Below, piece by piece: positions 26,166 to 37,545 of a stretch of DNA of 64,000 nucleotides. Made by a program: the position numbers and the translations under genes. The notes beneath the pieces are model-generated. The model saw only the letters and a program-made list of their open reading frames with translations. It made no database searches and was not told the DNA's origin. The stretch lies in the NCBI GenBank assembly GCA_000182565.2, contig KQ257462.1, one strand, 5' to 3'. The DNA is from Spizellomyces punctatus DAOM BR117 (Eukaryota). Position 1 is the stretch's first letter. Each line of letters opens with the position of its first letter.

Positions 26166-26726
26166 GTTCCATCGGGTTTGGTTTTTTGATCATCTGTTTT
26201 CCATTTCTCTTTGCCAACCCTCCAGGCCCATTTGTAAATGCACTCGAAAAGTTAAACTTCGTATAGGTACAGCTTGCAATGAAAGTTATCAATTTATAAA
26301 GTTGTCAATCAAATTTTTGATGCGAGTGAAAACTTTTTCTCTACAAACGAGGCTAAAGGCTTAAAACCTTACTTTTTACATCGAATCTAAAGTCTCTTTT
26401 TGAATTTAACATTTACAGTGGGTATAGAAAAGAGTGTACATGCAAGGAAAACAGGAAACAGGTAGCAGGTCACAGAAACCAGTGTAAAATCTATCCTAAG
26501 ATCTGTCCTGGCTAAGGCTGCGGGTAACCAATGTCATGAAAGCGACAGAAATGCAAAAACAACGAAACAACAAAAACCAAAGGAAATGGGGGAACCACAC
26601 AGCGAACAAAAACCCTTCCTCCAATGAGAAAAAACAAAACAAAACAGATAGGCCCGTACCAAATGACCAGAGCAAAACAGATACGAAAACGAAAAATGTC
26701 AATCGAGCGGAAATAGGACGTCCCGT

Positions 26727-28402
26727 TCATATCATCCTCATCGCGGGTGCACACTCACGATCACTGCTCATCAACATATTCCGGACCTCTCTCAACCTTT
26801 TACATTCGATCTCATACGCATCCACCAGAGTCTGAAATCTCTGGACCTCGGTCGTCTCAGAGTGGGTCACAATCTCGGCGGGATTGAGCGCCAAATTACC
26901 AGAGTCAAGAATGTACGAGCAAAAGAGGGCGAGGAGTTGGAGAGGGCTGGAGCTGTTGCTGGACTGGGGAGGTTGGTTCTCTTGAGAGGGTGATGCAGCG
27001 TCGGATGAGACTTGCGAGAGAGAGGTTGTGGAAGTGGTAGAGTACGTGCTCTCATCATCAGAGTCTGATAGATCCGAATCGGACGTGTCCGCGGTAGAGC
27101 TACACTCTACTTCATCCTCCTCAACTTGGTCGTCTTCTTGACCGTTGTCATACGGGGACTCGTCCTCGTCCTCCTCGATCTGGTAGCGATTGCCGGTAGT
27201 GCGAATCACACCGCGACTTTGGCGCACAGTTGCGGGCAAGCTTTTCACCACGGCCCGGCCGGACCGTTCATTGACCGATATACGGAACGTTGGGATATCA
27301 ATTGCATCGTTAGTGGTGGTAGTGGGAGTACCCGATGAGGTCGTTGACGCTACACTGCCAGACCGGATGCGTAAGGCAGCAAGTTTTGTTTCATAGTCCT
27401 TTAGAGTTCGTGTCAGTCAGTATGAGCTGTAAAATGGAACATTTTTAAATGGACTCAATCATCACCTTGAATCCTTTTGCGTGCGGGTTGTAGTTCTTTT
27501 TTAGACTATTCACCTTCTCGCTCTGGTAATGCGTTACGGCGATAAACTTTGTTTCTTCAAACAAGTACGTCGTAACGGACTGTCCTTCAGCAGAGTGCTT
27601 AATAAGATGCACGCGGGGTTGGTACTGGTGGAATGAATTGAGATAAAAGTAGCCCTCCGGGACGGAAGGATAGTCAGGTGAGGAGCCCGGAGAAGGGGAA
27701 CGTAATGAAGACGGGCATCGATTGGTAAGCTTGATTTTGGCAAAGGATATGCCCTGTTGTATCCAGAAGGCGCCAGACTGGGTAGCACTCGAGTGCAAAA
27801 TTGCTCTGCAGGTTGGGACGAGCATATCCTCCGACTCGCCTCCGCTTCCGGCATCGAGGGACACCGGCGCCCAATGACCGTTTTTGAATTTGAATTTGTG
27901 CGGTACGGTTTGCACGATATCGATTGCAATGGAATAGAGGGCTTGAGGATCAAGGCATATGGGCCGGAACCGGAGCGTCGGGAAGAGACAGCGACCGCCT
28001 TTGGTGATGATCATTTCTGATAATGAAATATAAACAAAACACGTAAACGCGGCTGTCGATCTAGGACGAAATGAATCAACTAGACGCACCGTTTCCAACC
28101 GAATGAAACTGCGCCCAAAGTTTGGCATCCTCCAACAATATTGTCGGACCATTGGCATTTCTCATCGTTGATTCTTGTCGAGACCCATGTGGTGACAATG
28201 AAGGCGGAACAGTAAGAGTTCTCATTCCTCCTTGCCGCAGCGGACGCCGCTCAACTTGTTGATCGTTTCCGGATTGCGAGGACATGAGATTGTTGGAAAG
28301 CCGCCGGGTTTTGGCCTTGATGAGGTACGAGCTTTCATGCGAGTCGTCATCATCGGATTTTCGCTTTGGTACGGCGGTATGGGACGACGCTGTTGTGTGC
28401 AT
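26727..28402 (-). CDS. T-box transcription factor (Brachyury-like), 3 exons
   Basis: LEDAKLWAQFHSVGN|EMIITKGGRCLFP (intron 28017-28089), SGAFWIQQGISFAKIKLTNR, LNSFHQYQPRVHL, FEETKFIAVTHYQ and NPHAKGFK|D; acidic, Ser-rich C-terminus. Start codon uncertain. Confidence 0.92.
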
Positions 28403-29483
28403 GCACGTGAAAAAGATGCGTGTGAATATGTTACCTTGATCAGCATGTGCTCGCTTGTATTTTAACGATCTGGCGATCTTACCATTGCTGTCATTTATTC
28501 CACACCTTAAACGATACGCCGACGACACAACTTGCCCGACATGCATGGTTAAAGGCGACAAACACGCAAAAGGTATACTATGAGATCTATATGCCCGCAG
28601 CCACGAGTGCTCACTGTGCGTGAACAACAACGAGGAAAAGGTGACCCTCTCGCTTTTTATATCACTCTCGCAGCTGTGAAGAAAAACAAAACAAAAAAAA
28701 GACTAGCGCACTTTTTCCCACTATTCCAATTGGTTGTCTGGATGGTTAATAAAAACAAGGGTCCTCTCCTCCACCACCAGTTGAGACAGAAGAGCGGCGT
28801 CATTCCAAACCCCCTCAAATGGTACAAACTATTATAAACAAAAGAAAAACGGGTCCATTTGCCGTAAAGCCCCCGCGTCTGTTGTTTTTGTTGCATATCT
28901 CTTTCTCTTTCATAACTGGGTGGATACATTCGAACAAGTGTGTTTCATTTGATTATTATTACGCATAGCACTAGATATTGTGGATTTGGAATGGCAATGA
29001 AATTGACTGCAATGCTAAAACAAAACGCCAAGGCCAATGAACGCAATGGCAGATGCTACTACAAACTTACAAAGAATAACAATGAATACGCAGATCATTC
29101 CGTAGAAATTCGTCATCACTCCAAGCCAAAAGACCCGTGGGAAAAAAGATGATCGCTCATTACCTAATACATTTATCAAGGATGCAACTGCGGGAATGTT
29201 GACTCATTACAGAATGTATCTCTCTCTCTTCCTTTTAGGAGGAGGAGTTGGAACCCCCCATTTTCTCCCAATCTGCGGCAAGGGCGTTTTCACCCCATTT
29301 TTACGCCATCTTTATGTTGTTGTGCGCAAGTGAGAGAGTGGGATGGCGCGAGAGCGGGAGAGAGCCTACTCACAGATGGAAACTTTGCAAGAAATTCCAT
29401 CAGATTTGCAGCTCACAAAAGTCATGTCCTAACGAGTGACAAGTCTGCATAGAAAATGTATGATCTTGAACAAGAAATAAGGA

Positions 29484-29556
29484 CAGTTTTACAGAGCAAT
29501 TCAACCAGATACGGGAAACAAGAAGCCTCACACTCAATCGATGAAGCTAACTAGAC
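29484..29556 (-). pseudogene. Highly decayed tRNA-Lys copy
   Basis: aagaagcctcacactcaatcgatgaagctaactagac aligns to aagagcctcacgctctaccgattgagctaaccgggc of the intact copy; only the 5' half is recognisable, so the left boundary is approximate. Confidence 0.55.
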
Positions 29557-29651
29557 ATTTAAAAATATGTTGTATTCGAGTGACCACGAGCTTGCATCAT
29601 AAATAAGTGACCTCACGCATGAGAAAAAAGAGAGATAAATAGTGAGAGAAA

Positions 29652-29725
29652 TGCCCGCAGCGGGAGTCAAACCCGCAAACTCGAGGTCAAGAATTCTCAC
29701 GCTCTACCGTTTGAGCTAATCAGGC
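29652..29725 (-). pseudogene. tRNA-Lys-derived pseudogene with +1 nt anticodon loop
   Basis: Collinear with 30423-30495; T-loop TTTGACT; acceptor stem mismatched. Confidence 0.85.
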
Positions 29726-29815
29726 ATATAGTAACACTAACAAATGTTTTTCATGAGATAAAATACCGTCAGGGATGACATGCGGGAGAAAAAAAGGAAT
29801 ACTACCTCAGAGAGA

Positions 29816-29890
29816 TGCCCGCGGCGGGAGTCAAACCCGCAATCTTGAGGTCAAGAATTCTCACGCTCTACCGATTGAGCTATTCCAGGC
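29816..29890 (-). pseudogene. tRNA-Lys-derived pseudogene with +1 nt anticodon loop
   Basis: D arm identical to the intact copy; T-loop TTTGACT; acceptor mismatches; T7 run downstream. Confidence 0.85.
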
Positions 29891-30010
29891 ATATAAACAC
29901 TATTGTTTATTTACATGACGAGGTCAAGTTCATTATGGTTGACTTGCACGACAAAAACAAGGTTTCAGATCCAGATCAGGACAGAAAACTACCTAACTGC
30001 AATTATGGAG

Positions 30011-30085
30011 AACCCGCAGCGGGAGTTACACCCGCAATCATGAGGTGAAGAAACCTCACGCTCTACCGATTGAGTTATTCCAGGC
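30011..30085 (-). pseudogene. tRNA-Lys-derived pseudogene with 8-nt anticodon loop
   Basis: TGAGG-TTTCTTCA-CCTCA arm; T-loop TGTAACT (B box broken). Confidence 0.85.
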
Positions 30086-30263
30086 ATATAAAGCGCGACG
30101 AAAAGCAACGTCATGCGGCAGGATTTTGGCAAACTGTCCAACGACATACTTGAGGATATTTGGTGGAGTGCTATGAGGTTGAATATAAACGCTATTGTTT
30201 ATTCGAATGACGAATTTGACTCATATATGGGTGACTTGCACGAGAAAAATAAACTGCATTATG

Positions 30264-30324
30264 GCACCAAAGCAGGTGAAAGCTGCAACCTGAGGGTGAG
30301 AGCCTTACGCTCAGCTAATTGGGC
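30264..30324 (-). pseudogene. Decayed, internally deleted tRNA-Lys copy
   Basis: gctgcaacctgagggtgagagccttacgctcagctaattgggc aligns to the intact copy with a D-loop deletion. Confidence 0.65.
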
Positions 30325-30422
30325 ATGTAAACATATAATGAGGGCGAGCCTGCATCCAAAATGGGTGACAAGTTCGATCGGCACATTGGTGCCAAAAAAA
30401 TTCTTGTTTTCTCTGTGCGCAG

Positions 30423-30495
30423 AGCCCGATGCGGGGGTCGAACCCGCAACCTTGAGGTTAAGAGCCTCACGCTCTACCGATTGAGCTAACCGGGC
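30423..30495 (-). tRNA. tRNA-Lys(CTT), identical to 22757-22829
   Basis: Exact reverse complement of the first copy; T7 terminator at about 30395-30401. Confidence 0.97.
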
Positions 30496-30633
30496 ATTTC
30501 CATTCCATAAAAATACAGAATAAATCCTGAATTAACTCTGCTCATGTTTGACATACCATTCATTCCCATGCCCACTGCAAAATCGGAAAGCCACTCATAT
30601 AAATAAATATATTATACAGTGAATACAGTAGCA

Positions 30634-33029
30634 CTACAGAGCATCAGGAATGGGTCTATTCAACATATCCAATACGTCACGTACACTCGCTTCGTAGCCA
30701 CCCTTTGTGACAAGTGCAACGTAGGCACTCTCGAGTCCCGCTGATGTCGCTATGCGATTAGTATCTTTCATCCATCGAATCACCGTCGGCAACAACTCGA
30801 CACGGCCCGTCTTGATGAGAGTATCGATGAGCTTGGTGGTAGATATCGGTGTGAATATGTATCGACGAGGGGGAGGTGTGATATCTTGGGTAGGTGAGGG
30901 AGAGGTGGTTAAAGGTTTTTGCGTCGCAGCGTCTATGACCGCCTTTTCTCGGGCAGCCTCTATTGCACCGCTGTGTTCGGCGGTATCACTTTTGAGTTGT
31001 TCTGCTGTGTCGCTCCACTCGCCCGTGTCTGCATTTGCGTGTCGCACCACGATTTCATCGGTCGCTTCATGCTCGTTAACGTCGAATGCTGGGGCGGTCG
31101 GCAGTTGAACAGCCAGAGACGAGGTAGGCACGGGAGACAAAAGAACCTCAAGTCGCCCGGTCCGCGCGGCGGCCTCCATCACAGCCTTCAGGGCCATCCT
31201 GGGAGGATTCCGCATTTGGCGCAACGTCTCCCACACCGCAAACCCATCATCCCATCTCTCCAGTCCAAAATAAATCATCATCGCCCATGTGCGCGCCAAG
31301 GGCAGTTCTTGTCGATGCTTTTCCGTCATATCATTGTATATTGTCGTACCCGAAAGAAAGTTGCCTGTTTCGGACGCTAACTGAAGGACCGATGATTTGA
31401 CTGTGGCCAAAGGTTCGACCTTCAATAGTCGCATCTCCTCGTACAATGTATACGCATTAGCCCAGTCCTTTTGCGAGCAATATGCTTTTATCGCGGCATT
31501 GTACGCATTGGCAGATATCACCAGAGAATGCTCTTTCATCTGGTGAATAACGCCCGTTAAAGTGTCCAGGGAGCTGCCATCACGACCAGCGCTATAGGCG
31601 ACAATCAGCAAGTTTAATAGATTACTCGACTCTGACGGAGGAAGATCCCGAACGAAATGTGTCCGCAGCTGTGTGAGTTCATCGAAACGTTTCGCCTTGA
31701 TTAACGCCTTGACAAGCGGGTGATATGCTTCCATTGTGGGCGTCTTTAGAGACCAACGCATCAATTTGTCGATAAGCAATGCCGCGTCAAGATGACCGTC
31801 CATGCATAGGCGGGCAGCCAGTCCGTTTGCATCGGCCATTCCGGGCAGCAAGTACTTTTCAATTAATCTCTTGCCACCATTGAGGGCTTCTTGGGCGTCT
31901 TTCGCTTGTGCCATGCCGATCACCAAAGCCCCCAAGAGGTCCCCCACCTCTTGATCTTTGTACAGAGAGCGGTAGAGGACAAATTCGAGCTCCTTCCATT
32001 TTCCTCGCTTGGCCAAAGGCGGTATCAGAGCCAAGGAGACACTCATTGTTAACGCAGAGCGCTTTTCGATGATTTTTTTGGCATAAGACAGTGCATTTTC
32101 TACCTCTGAAGTTTGGGCCAGAGCTGTGGCGATCGTTGCGTACACTGTGACACTCATGTCGACTCCCGCGTGCTTCATATCGCGGAACATACGCATCATG
32201 AGTGCTGGCTTTTTTGCTGTTGCAAAAGCCCGTATCAGCCCTTCATATGTGTCGGCATCAAGACTGGTGCCTTCGCGCCAGATTCGGTTATACAACTCTA
32301 AAGCTTGAGCAGTATATCCCTTCTTAATGAGACTACACAAAACGACCTTGTACACCTCTTTCTCTAGTTTCATCCCGGTAAATGTGATCTCCCCCATCAG
32401 CGCACGCACACTTCCAGGATTAGAGGTCTTTGCCATACCCATTACAAGATTAGAAAGAACTACGGCATTAGGCGTGATCCCATCAACTTCCATATCGCTC
32501 AAAACTCCTCGGTACTCTGGAGGTATTGCTCCTTTGGTCAGAGCAGCAGATATAATCTCATATTCTTTCAAACTAGGCGGACGCCGCATTTCGCGAGCAT
32601 TTTGGAGAACGATTCGCAATTTTTCCAAGATAGATTTGGGATCTTGATTGGAATTCGTCAAGATCTTGAGTAATTGCAGTGTCACCTTGCGGTTGATACT
32701 TCCTCGCTGCTGTCTATCTTGATAGAGGGCCTGATAGGCGTCCCAGCATGCTCTGGATTCCGCTGTTGCACGGCCTCAACAAAGTCATTCCAAACCGATC
32801 TGCTCGCAATTGGAGGTTTCAAAGTAGGCTTTGGGTTGGAAAACGATTCTCGGGACGGGGTGCGTTTGTTTTGCTTGTCATTTTGGGAAATAGAGCTATA
32901 TCTGCATGTCGAGGTTGGTGAAACGCAGAGAGGAGCAGGAGTCGAGCAGCTGCGGGAAGTTCTTGTCAAAGAAAGAATCAAGCGCCTGGGAGGGAGGTGA
33001 AACAAGGCCGAGGACAATCGCCTTTGCAT
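30634..33029 (-). CDS. Pentatricopeptide-repeat (PPR) protein, likely mitochondrial, 2 exons
   Basis: 35-aa repeats such as TYEGLIRAFATAKKPALMMRMFRDMKHAGVDMS and AYNAAIKAYCSQKDWANAYTLYEEMRLLKVEP; Arg/Ser/Leu-rich N-terminus MQRRLSSALFHLPPRRL. Confidence 0.88.
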
Positions 33030-33204
33030 TGTTTGTGAACGTTGAGACTGAGGTCAAAGTTGGGAGAGGCCACTCGATCTGTGTCGATGGCAACAACCAG
33101 ATCGCCATGACTCACGAACCACCTCTGTACAGTATACACCAAACTTTCCAGATCTACACATCTGCATTTTCATTCACTAACCAAGACTAGTCAGAAGCAT
33201 CACC

Positions 33205-36200
33205 ATGACCGCTTTACCGCAATCAGGAAGAGCCATTGTCAAGAACATCATCTCTGGAGACAGTATTGTACTTCGCGGGAAGCCGGTCAACGGCCCTCCA
33301 CCGGAGAAGGTCTTGTCACTTTCGAACTTGGTAGCTCCAAGGTTGGGGTCTCCCAAAGACCCAGAAAAGGAAGAGGTACGTAGTTTGTTTACGATCCTAG
33401 TACATCCTTTGGAAAGAAACGCGTGTGATCGCCTGTACATGTTCTCATCTGCCCCATTTTGTCGCATACTCAGTCGTTTGCCTTCGAGTCTCGCGAGTAC
33501 TTGCGAAGTCTATTGGTCGGAAAAGAAGTTGCCTACAAAGTGGAATACACCACCACAACGAATCAACGTGATTTTGGCGTCGTCTTGGTACAACATCCCA
33601 TTGACGGGGAGACCAACATCAATCGCATTATTGCGCGAGAGGGATGGGCCAAGGTCAAGTCTCCCGAAGGAAAGCGGACGGCAACCGAGTGAGTGTCTTG
33701 TAGTACTTGCTTCTTGTTGGAAGCGTGGTGTTAAGTATTTCATCTAGAGAGCAAGAGCTATTGGCAAGCTTGGAGGCAGAGGCGCAGGCAGCCAAGAAAG
33801 GAATCTGGCAGGACCAGAATACTTCCAAAGGAGTATGTTGAATGAGAAAGACTCGTGTATGAAGCATTTCAAATTGACATTATCTGCATATGCAGATTGT
33901 TCGCTACGATGTGCGGGATGATGCGAGAGCATTCTTGGACAAGTACAAGGGAAAGCCTATCGACGGTAAATGGCTCTTCAAAGCTAATGCACATGATCGG
34001 AAGGTTGACATCTTTCCCTTTTGTATTCAGCGATTTTGGAGCAAGTACGCGATGGTGTGTAAAATCATGTAGTATCGCTTGTCTTCCATCGTAGGCTAAC
34101 TGGGCATTTACTAGGATCTACATTCCGAGTCTGTCTACTGTTGCCAGAGGGCATTCGTCAATACATTACACTGATGCTTTCTGGTATTAAAGCTCCAGCA
34201 TACCGTAAGGGAGTGCCAAACGTGGAGGATCTGGTGGAAGAATACAGTGAAGAGGCAAAGTACTTTGTCGAATCCCGCCTGTTGCAACGTGACATCAAGG
34301 TGGTTTTGGAAGGGCTTTCATCCAATGATAATTTTGTCGGAAGTGTCCAATTCCCGCTCGGAAACATTGCGGAGGCTCTACTTGGCGAAGGATTGGCCAA
34401 AGTTGTGGATTGGACGATCACGATGGTCACTGGTGGTCCCCAAAAGTACCGCGCAGCCGAGCAGCGAGCAAAGGACAGGAAGCTTCGGATATGGAAGAGT
34501 TGGGTTGGCAAAGCCAAGGTTGGCGGTCCGGAGCCCGAGTTTGATGGCATTGTGACTCGCGTCTTGTCAGGCGATACACTCCTCGTACAGAGTATTGCTA
34601 CAGGCAAGGAACGCAGAATACAGCTTTCCAGCATTCGCGCACCAAAGGCACCGGAGAAACCCCAGCAGCCCACAAAGGACCAGTCCGTGAAAGAGTACGG
34701 ATACGATTTCGAGGCAAGGGAATACCTACGGGGCCGTTGTATCGGAAAGCCTGTCCACGTGGTTATTGACTACATCAAGCCGGCGGATGGCCCGTACGAA
34801 GAGCGCGAATGCGCAACCGTAACCCAAGGACCGAAGAATTTGGCAGAGGTATTGGTAGCCAAGGGGCTGGCAGATGTTATTCGGCATCGAAAGGATGACG
34901 ATAATCGATCATCCCAATATGACCAGCTACTGATCGCGCTCGATCGTGCGCAAAAAGCAGGGAAAGGCATCCACTCCACAAAAGACGCACCGGTTCACCG
35001 TATCAGTGATGCCTCATCAAATGTCGCAAAAGCCCGACAATTTTTCCCGTTCCTACAGCGATCGGGGACAATTTCCGGTGTTGTTGATTATGTGTCGAGC
35101 GGATCACGATTTAGAATATATGTGCCATCCCAAAATTGTACTCTAACATTGGTTCTTGGGGGCATTCGAGCTCCAAGAGCAGGTCGCCCTGGTGAGAAGA
35201 GCGAACCTTATGGACCCGAAGCTTTGGAATTTGTAACCAGGAGAGCCATGCAACGAGACATTGAATTCAGTGTAGAGGGCCAAGACAAGGTGGGAGGGTT
35301 TATCGGATCCTTGTATCTTACAATCAATGGCGAGCGGAAGAATGTGGCAGTCATGCTAATGGAGGAGGGGTACGCCAGTGTACATGGCTATTCTGCTAGC
35401 CAAAGTCCGAACGCCCACGCATTGTACGAAGCGGAGAAGAAAGCACAGGATGCTCACAAAGGTATTTGGAAAGACTGGACACCCGAAGACAATCAGCCGA
35501 TTGTAGAGGAGAAGCCAGAGGAAGACAAGCCGATTGAAACCAAAGACGTGATCGTTAGCCATATTGAAGACGGCGGTCGGATATTTTTGCAGGTTCTTGG
35601 TTCCGGTGCGTTCTAACTCGAGATGATTGAATTGCACACCGTATTGACGTGGAGTTTGATCTAGATTTGGACCGCCTCGAACGCCTCATGGCCGATTTTT
35701 CCCTTCACCATAAGAGCGCAGCAGCTCCACCATACCAACCACGCAACGGCGAATACTGCAGCGCCCAATTCGGTGCCGACGACCAATGGTACCGCGCACG
35801 GGTAACAAAGGTCAACCCCGACAAGACCTACAACGTCACGTACGTCGACTATGGAAACTCGGAAACAGTCCCAGCATCCCGCATCCGCGCCCTGGACAGC
35901 TCTTTCAACACCATGACGCTCAATCCCCAAGCATCTGAAGCCAAACTCGCGTACCTCCAAGTCCCAACATTAGACCAGGATTATGGCGAAGAAGCTTTTG
36001 AGCAGCTCCGTAATCTGACCGAAGGCCGAACCCTTCAAGCACGGATTCTAGGACGCGTACCGAGCTCTGTGGGCTCAGGGCAAGCACTGAACGTTGTGCT
36101 ATACGACACCAAGAATAGTCGAGACGTGAGCGTCAATGAACGTTTGGTCCGAGAAGGGCTCGCTATTGTGGAGAAAGTATACAGAAAACGCTTTGCGGGA

Positions 36201-36420
36201 CAGCAAAACGCGAAACGTGCGAATGGGGCTACTGGCAATACGGCGAAAAAGAGTGTTTTGGACGCTGTGATGGAAGCACAAGAGGATGCTAAAAAGAGCA
36301 GGGTGAAGTTTATATCTCGTACATTTTATTCTTCATGTGCTTGATACTTATCCGTTGTTTTATTGTTGTTTTTAGGCGAATATGTGGCGGTATGGGGATT
36401 TCACAGAGGACGATGAATAA
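33205..36420 (+). CDS. SND1: Tudor staphylococcal nuclease (Tudor-SN/p100), multi-exon
   Basis: Four SN repeats (VKNIISGDSIVLRG, FAFESREYLR, EAKYFVESRLLQRD, DDNRSSQYDQL), Tudor CSAQFGADDQWYRARV...YVDYGNSE, and C-terminus NMWRYGDFTEDDE*. Confidence 0.96.
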
Positions 36421-36594
36421 GCCCAAAAGGAAGGCATTATTTCTCATCTGTCAACAGCAAATCTTGTGCTGTATTCTGGGACCGGTTGAGTTGAACTTTT
36501 GTACTATGTAGGAATGTAGTTTAGGTGATACCATTTCTGCATCACAGTCCAAAAATCAAACTTCTCTATCTGGCGCCAAAAACATGGTTTGCAA

Positions 36595-36654
36595 TGAGCC
36601 AAACCTGGAATTTCTGATCCGTACTCAGCCGCCTGATCTATTGAGCCATGGCCT
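36595..36654 (-). pseudogene. Decayed tRNA-Arg(ACG) copy with an ~11-nt deletion in the T arm / acceptor 3' strand
   Basis: gagcc-aaacctggaatttctgatccgtactcagccgcctgatctattgagccatggcc aligns to 37473-37545. Confidence 0.75.
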
Positions 36655-36748
36655 GCAGTTGGTACACTGTTAGTGTAGAGGTGACAGAAACTGGCACTAG
36701 CTACTACACCAGGGAATAAACCGGCGACAACCGGTTCGGAAAAGCCAA

Positions 36749-37143
36749 CTAAGCTACTACTAGGCAATTATACACGCAATACGTAACGGTTGGTTCTAAC
36801 CGGATAATTGCCCACCACCACACAGTCCCTACTAGGCCTTGATCTGGAACTCTTGATGGCATTGAAGCCAGACTCTTGCATCCAGGAGCGAATCGACTGG
36901 GCAGCGTCACAAGCCAGAGGATGTTCAGTGACAAGGCTTGGAGACTACAAAAAAATGCATGTCAGAAGATGACCCGATGACAAGAAATGCAAGAAATGCC
37001 ATCGATACATACCAACCAAGCTCAACTAAGGTGGCAGCATAATAGTAGGTTTTGTTATCGGATCCGATTGGTTGCCGCTGGTTCTGATCACGGTTGCTGT
37101 CGGGCGGTCGAGGTCCTCGACACCACCACATCTGTATTCTCAT
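36749..37143 (-). CDS. Possible orphan spliced ORF, 108 aa
   Basis: TATAAAAGG at 37231-37239; ATG 37143; intron 36945-37012 (GTATGT...CTGAC...TTTTTTGTAG) whose removal keeps the frame open to TAG at 36749. No recognisable homology. Confidence 0.3.
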
Positions 37144-37472
37144 GATTCGACTGACAGTCGCGATGAGGGTTGCGCAGATGGTTTGAGAGTCGAGGAACTG
37201 GTGAGGAAGGGGAGAGAGAGCAAAGGCTCCCCTTTTATAGACCTTTGGCATGCGCCTCACCGCAGTTTAATAAAAAAACATTACATGCATGCCACACCAA
37301 TCTGAGCGATAGAGGGGGTTCTGATTATGCGATATGATTAACCGGATTAATCCGGATAATAATGAGTCCTAGTGCCATTTTCAATCACCTCCACACTGTT
37401 ATATTTTTCCTAAGTACTTAATCGCAAATTAAAAGTTCGACTGGAAAAAAAGTTATCGCGTGAATTCCTCTA

Positions 37473-37545
37473 CGAGCCTACCAGGATTCGAACCTGGAAT
37501 CTCCTGATCCGTAGTCAGGCGCCTTGTCCATTGGGCCATAGGCCC
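37473..37545 (-). tRNA. tRNA-Arg(ACG)
   Basis: GGGCCTA...TAGGCTC-G cloverleaf; CCTGA-CTACGGA-TCAGG; TTCGAAT; T7 terminator at 37445-37451. Confidence 0.97.
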
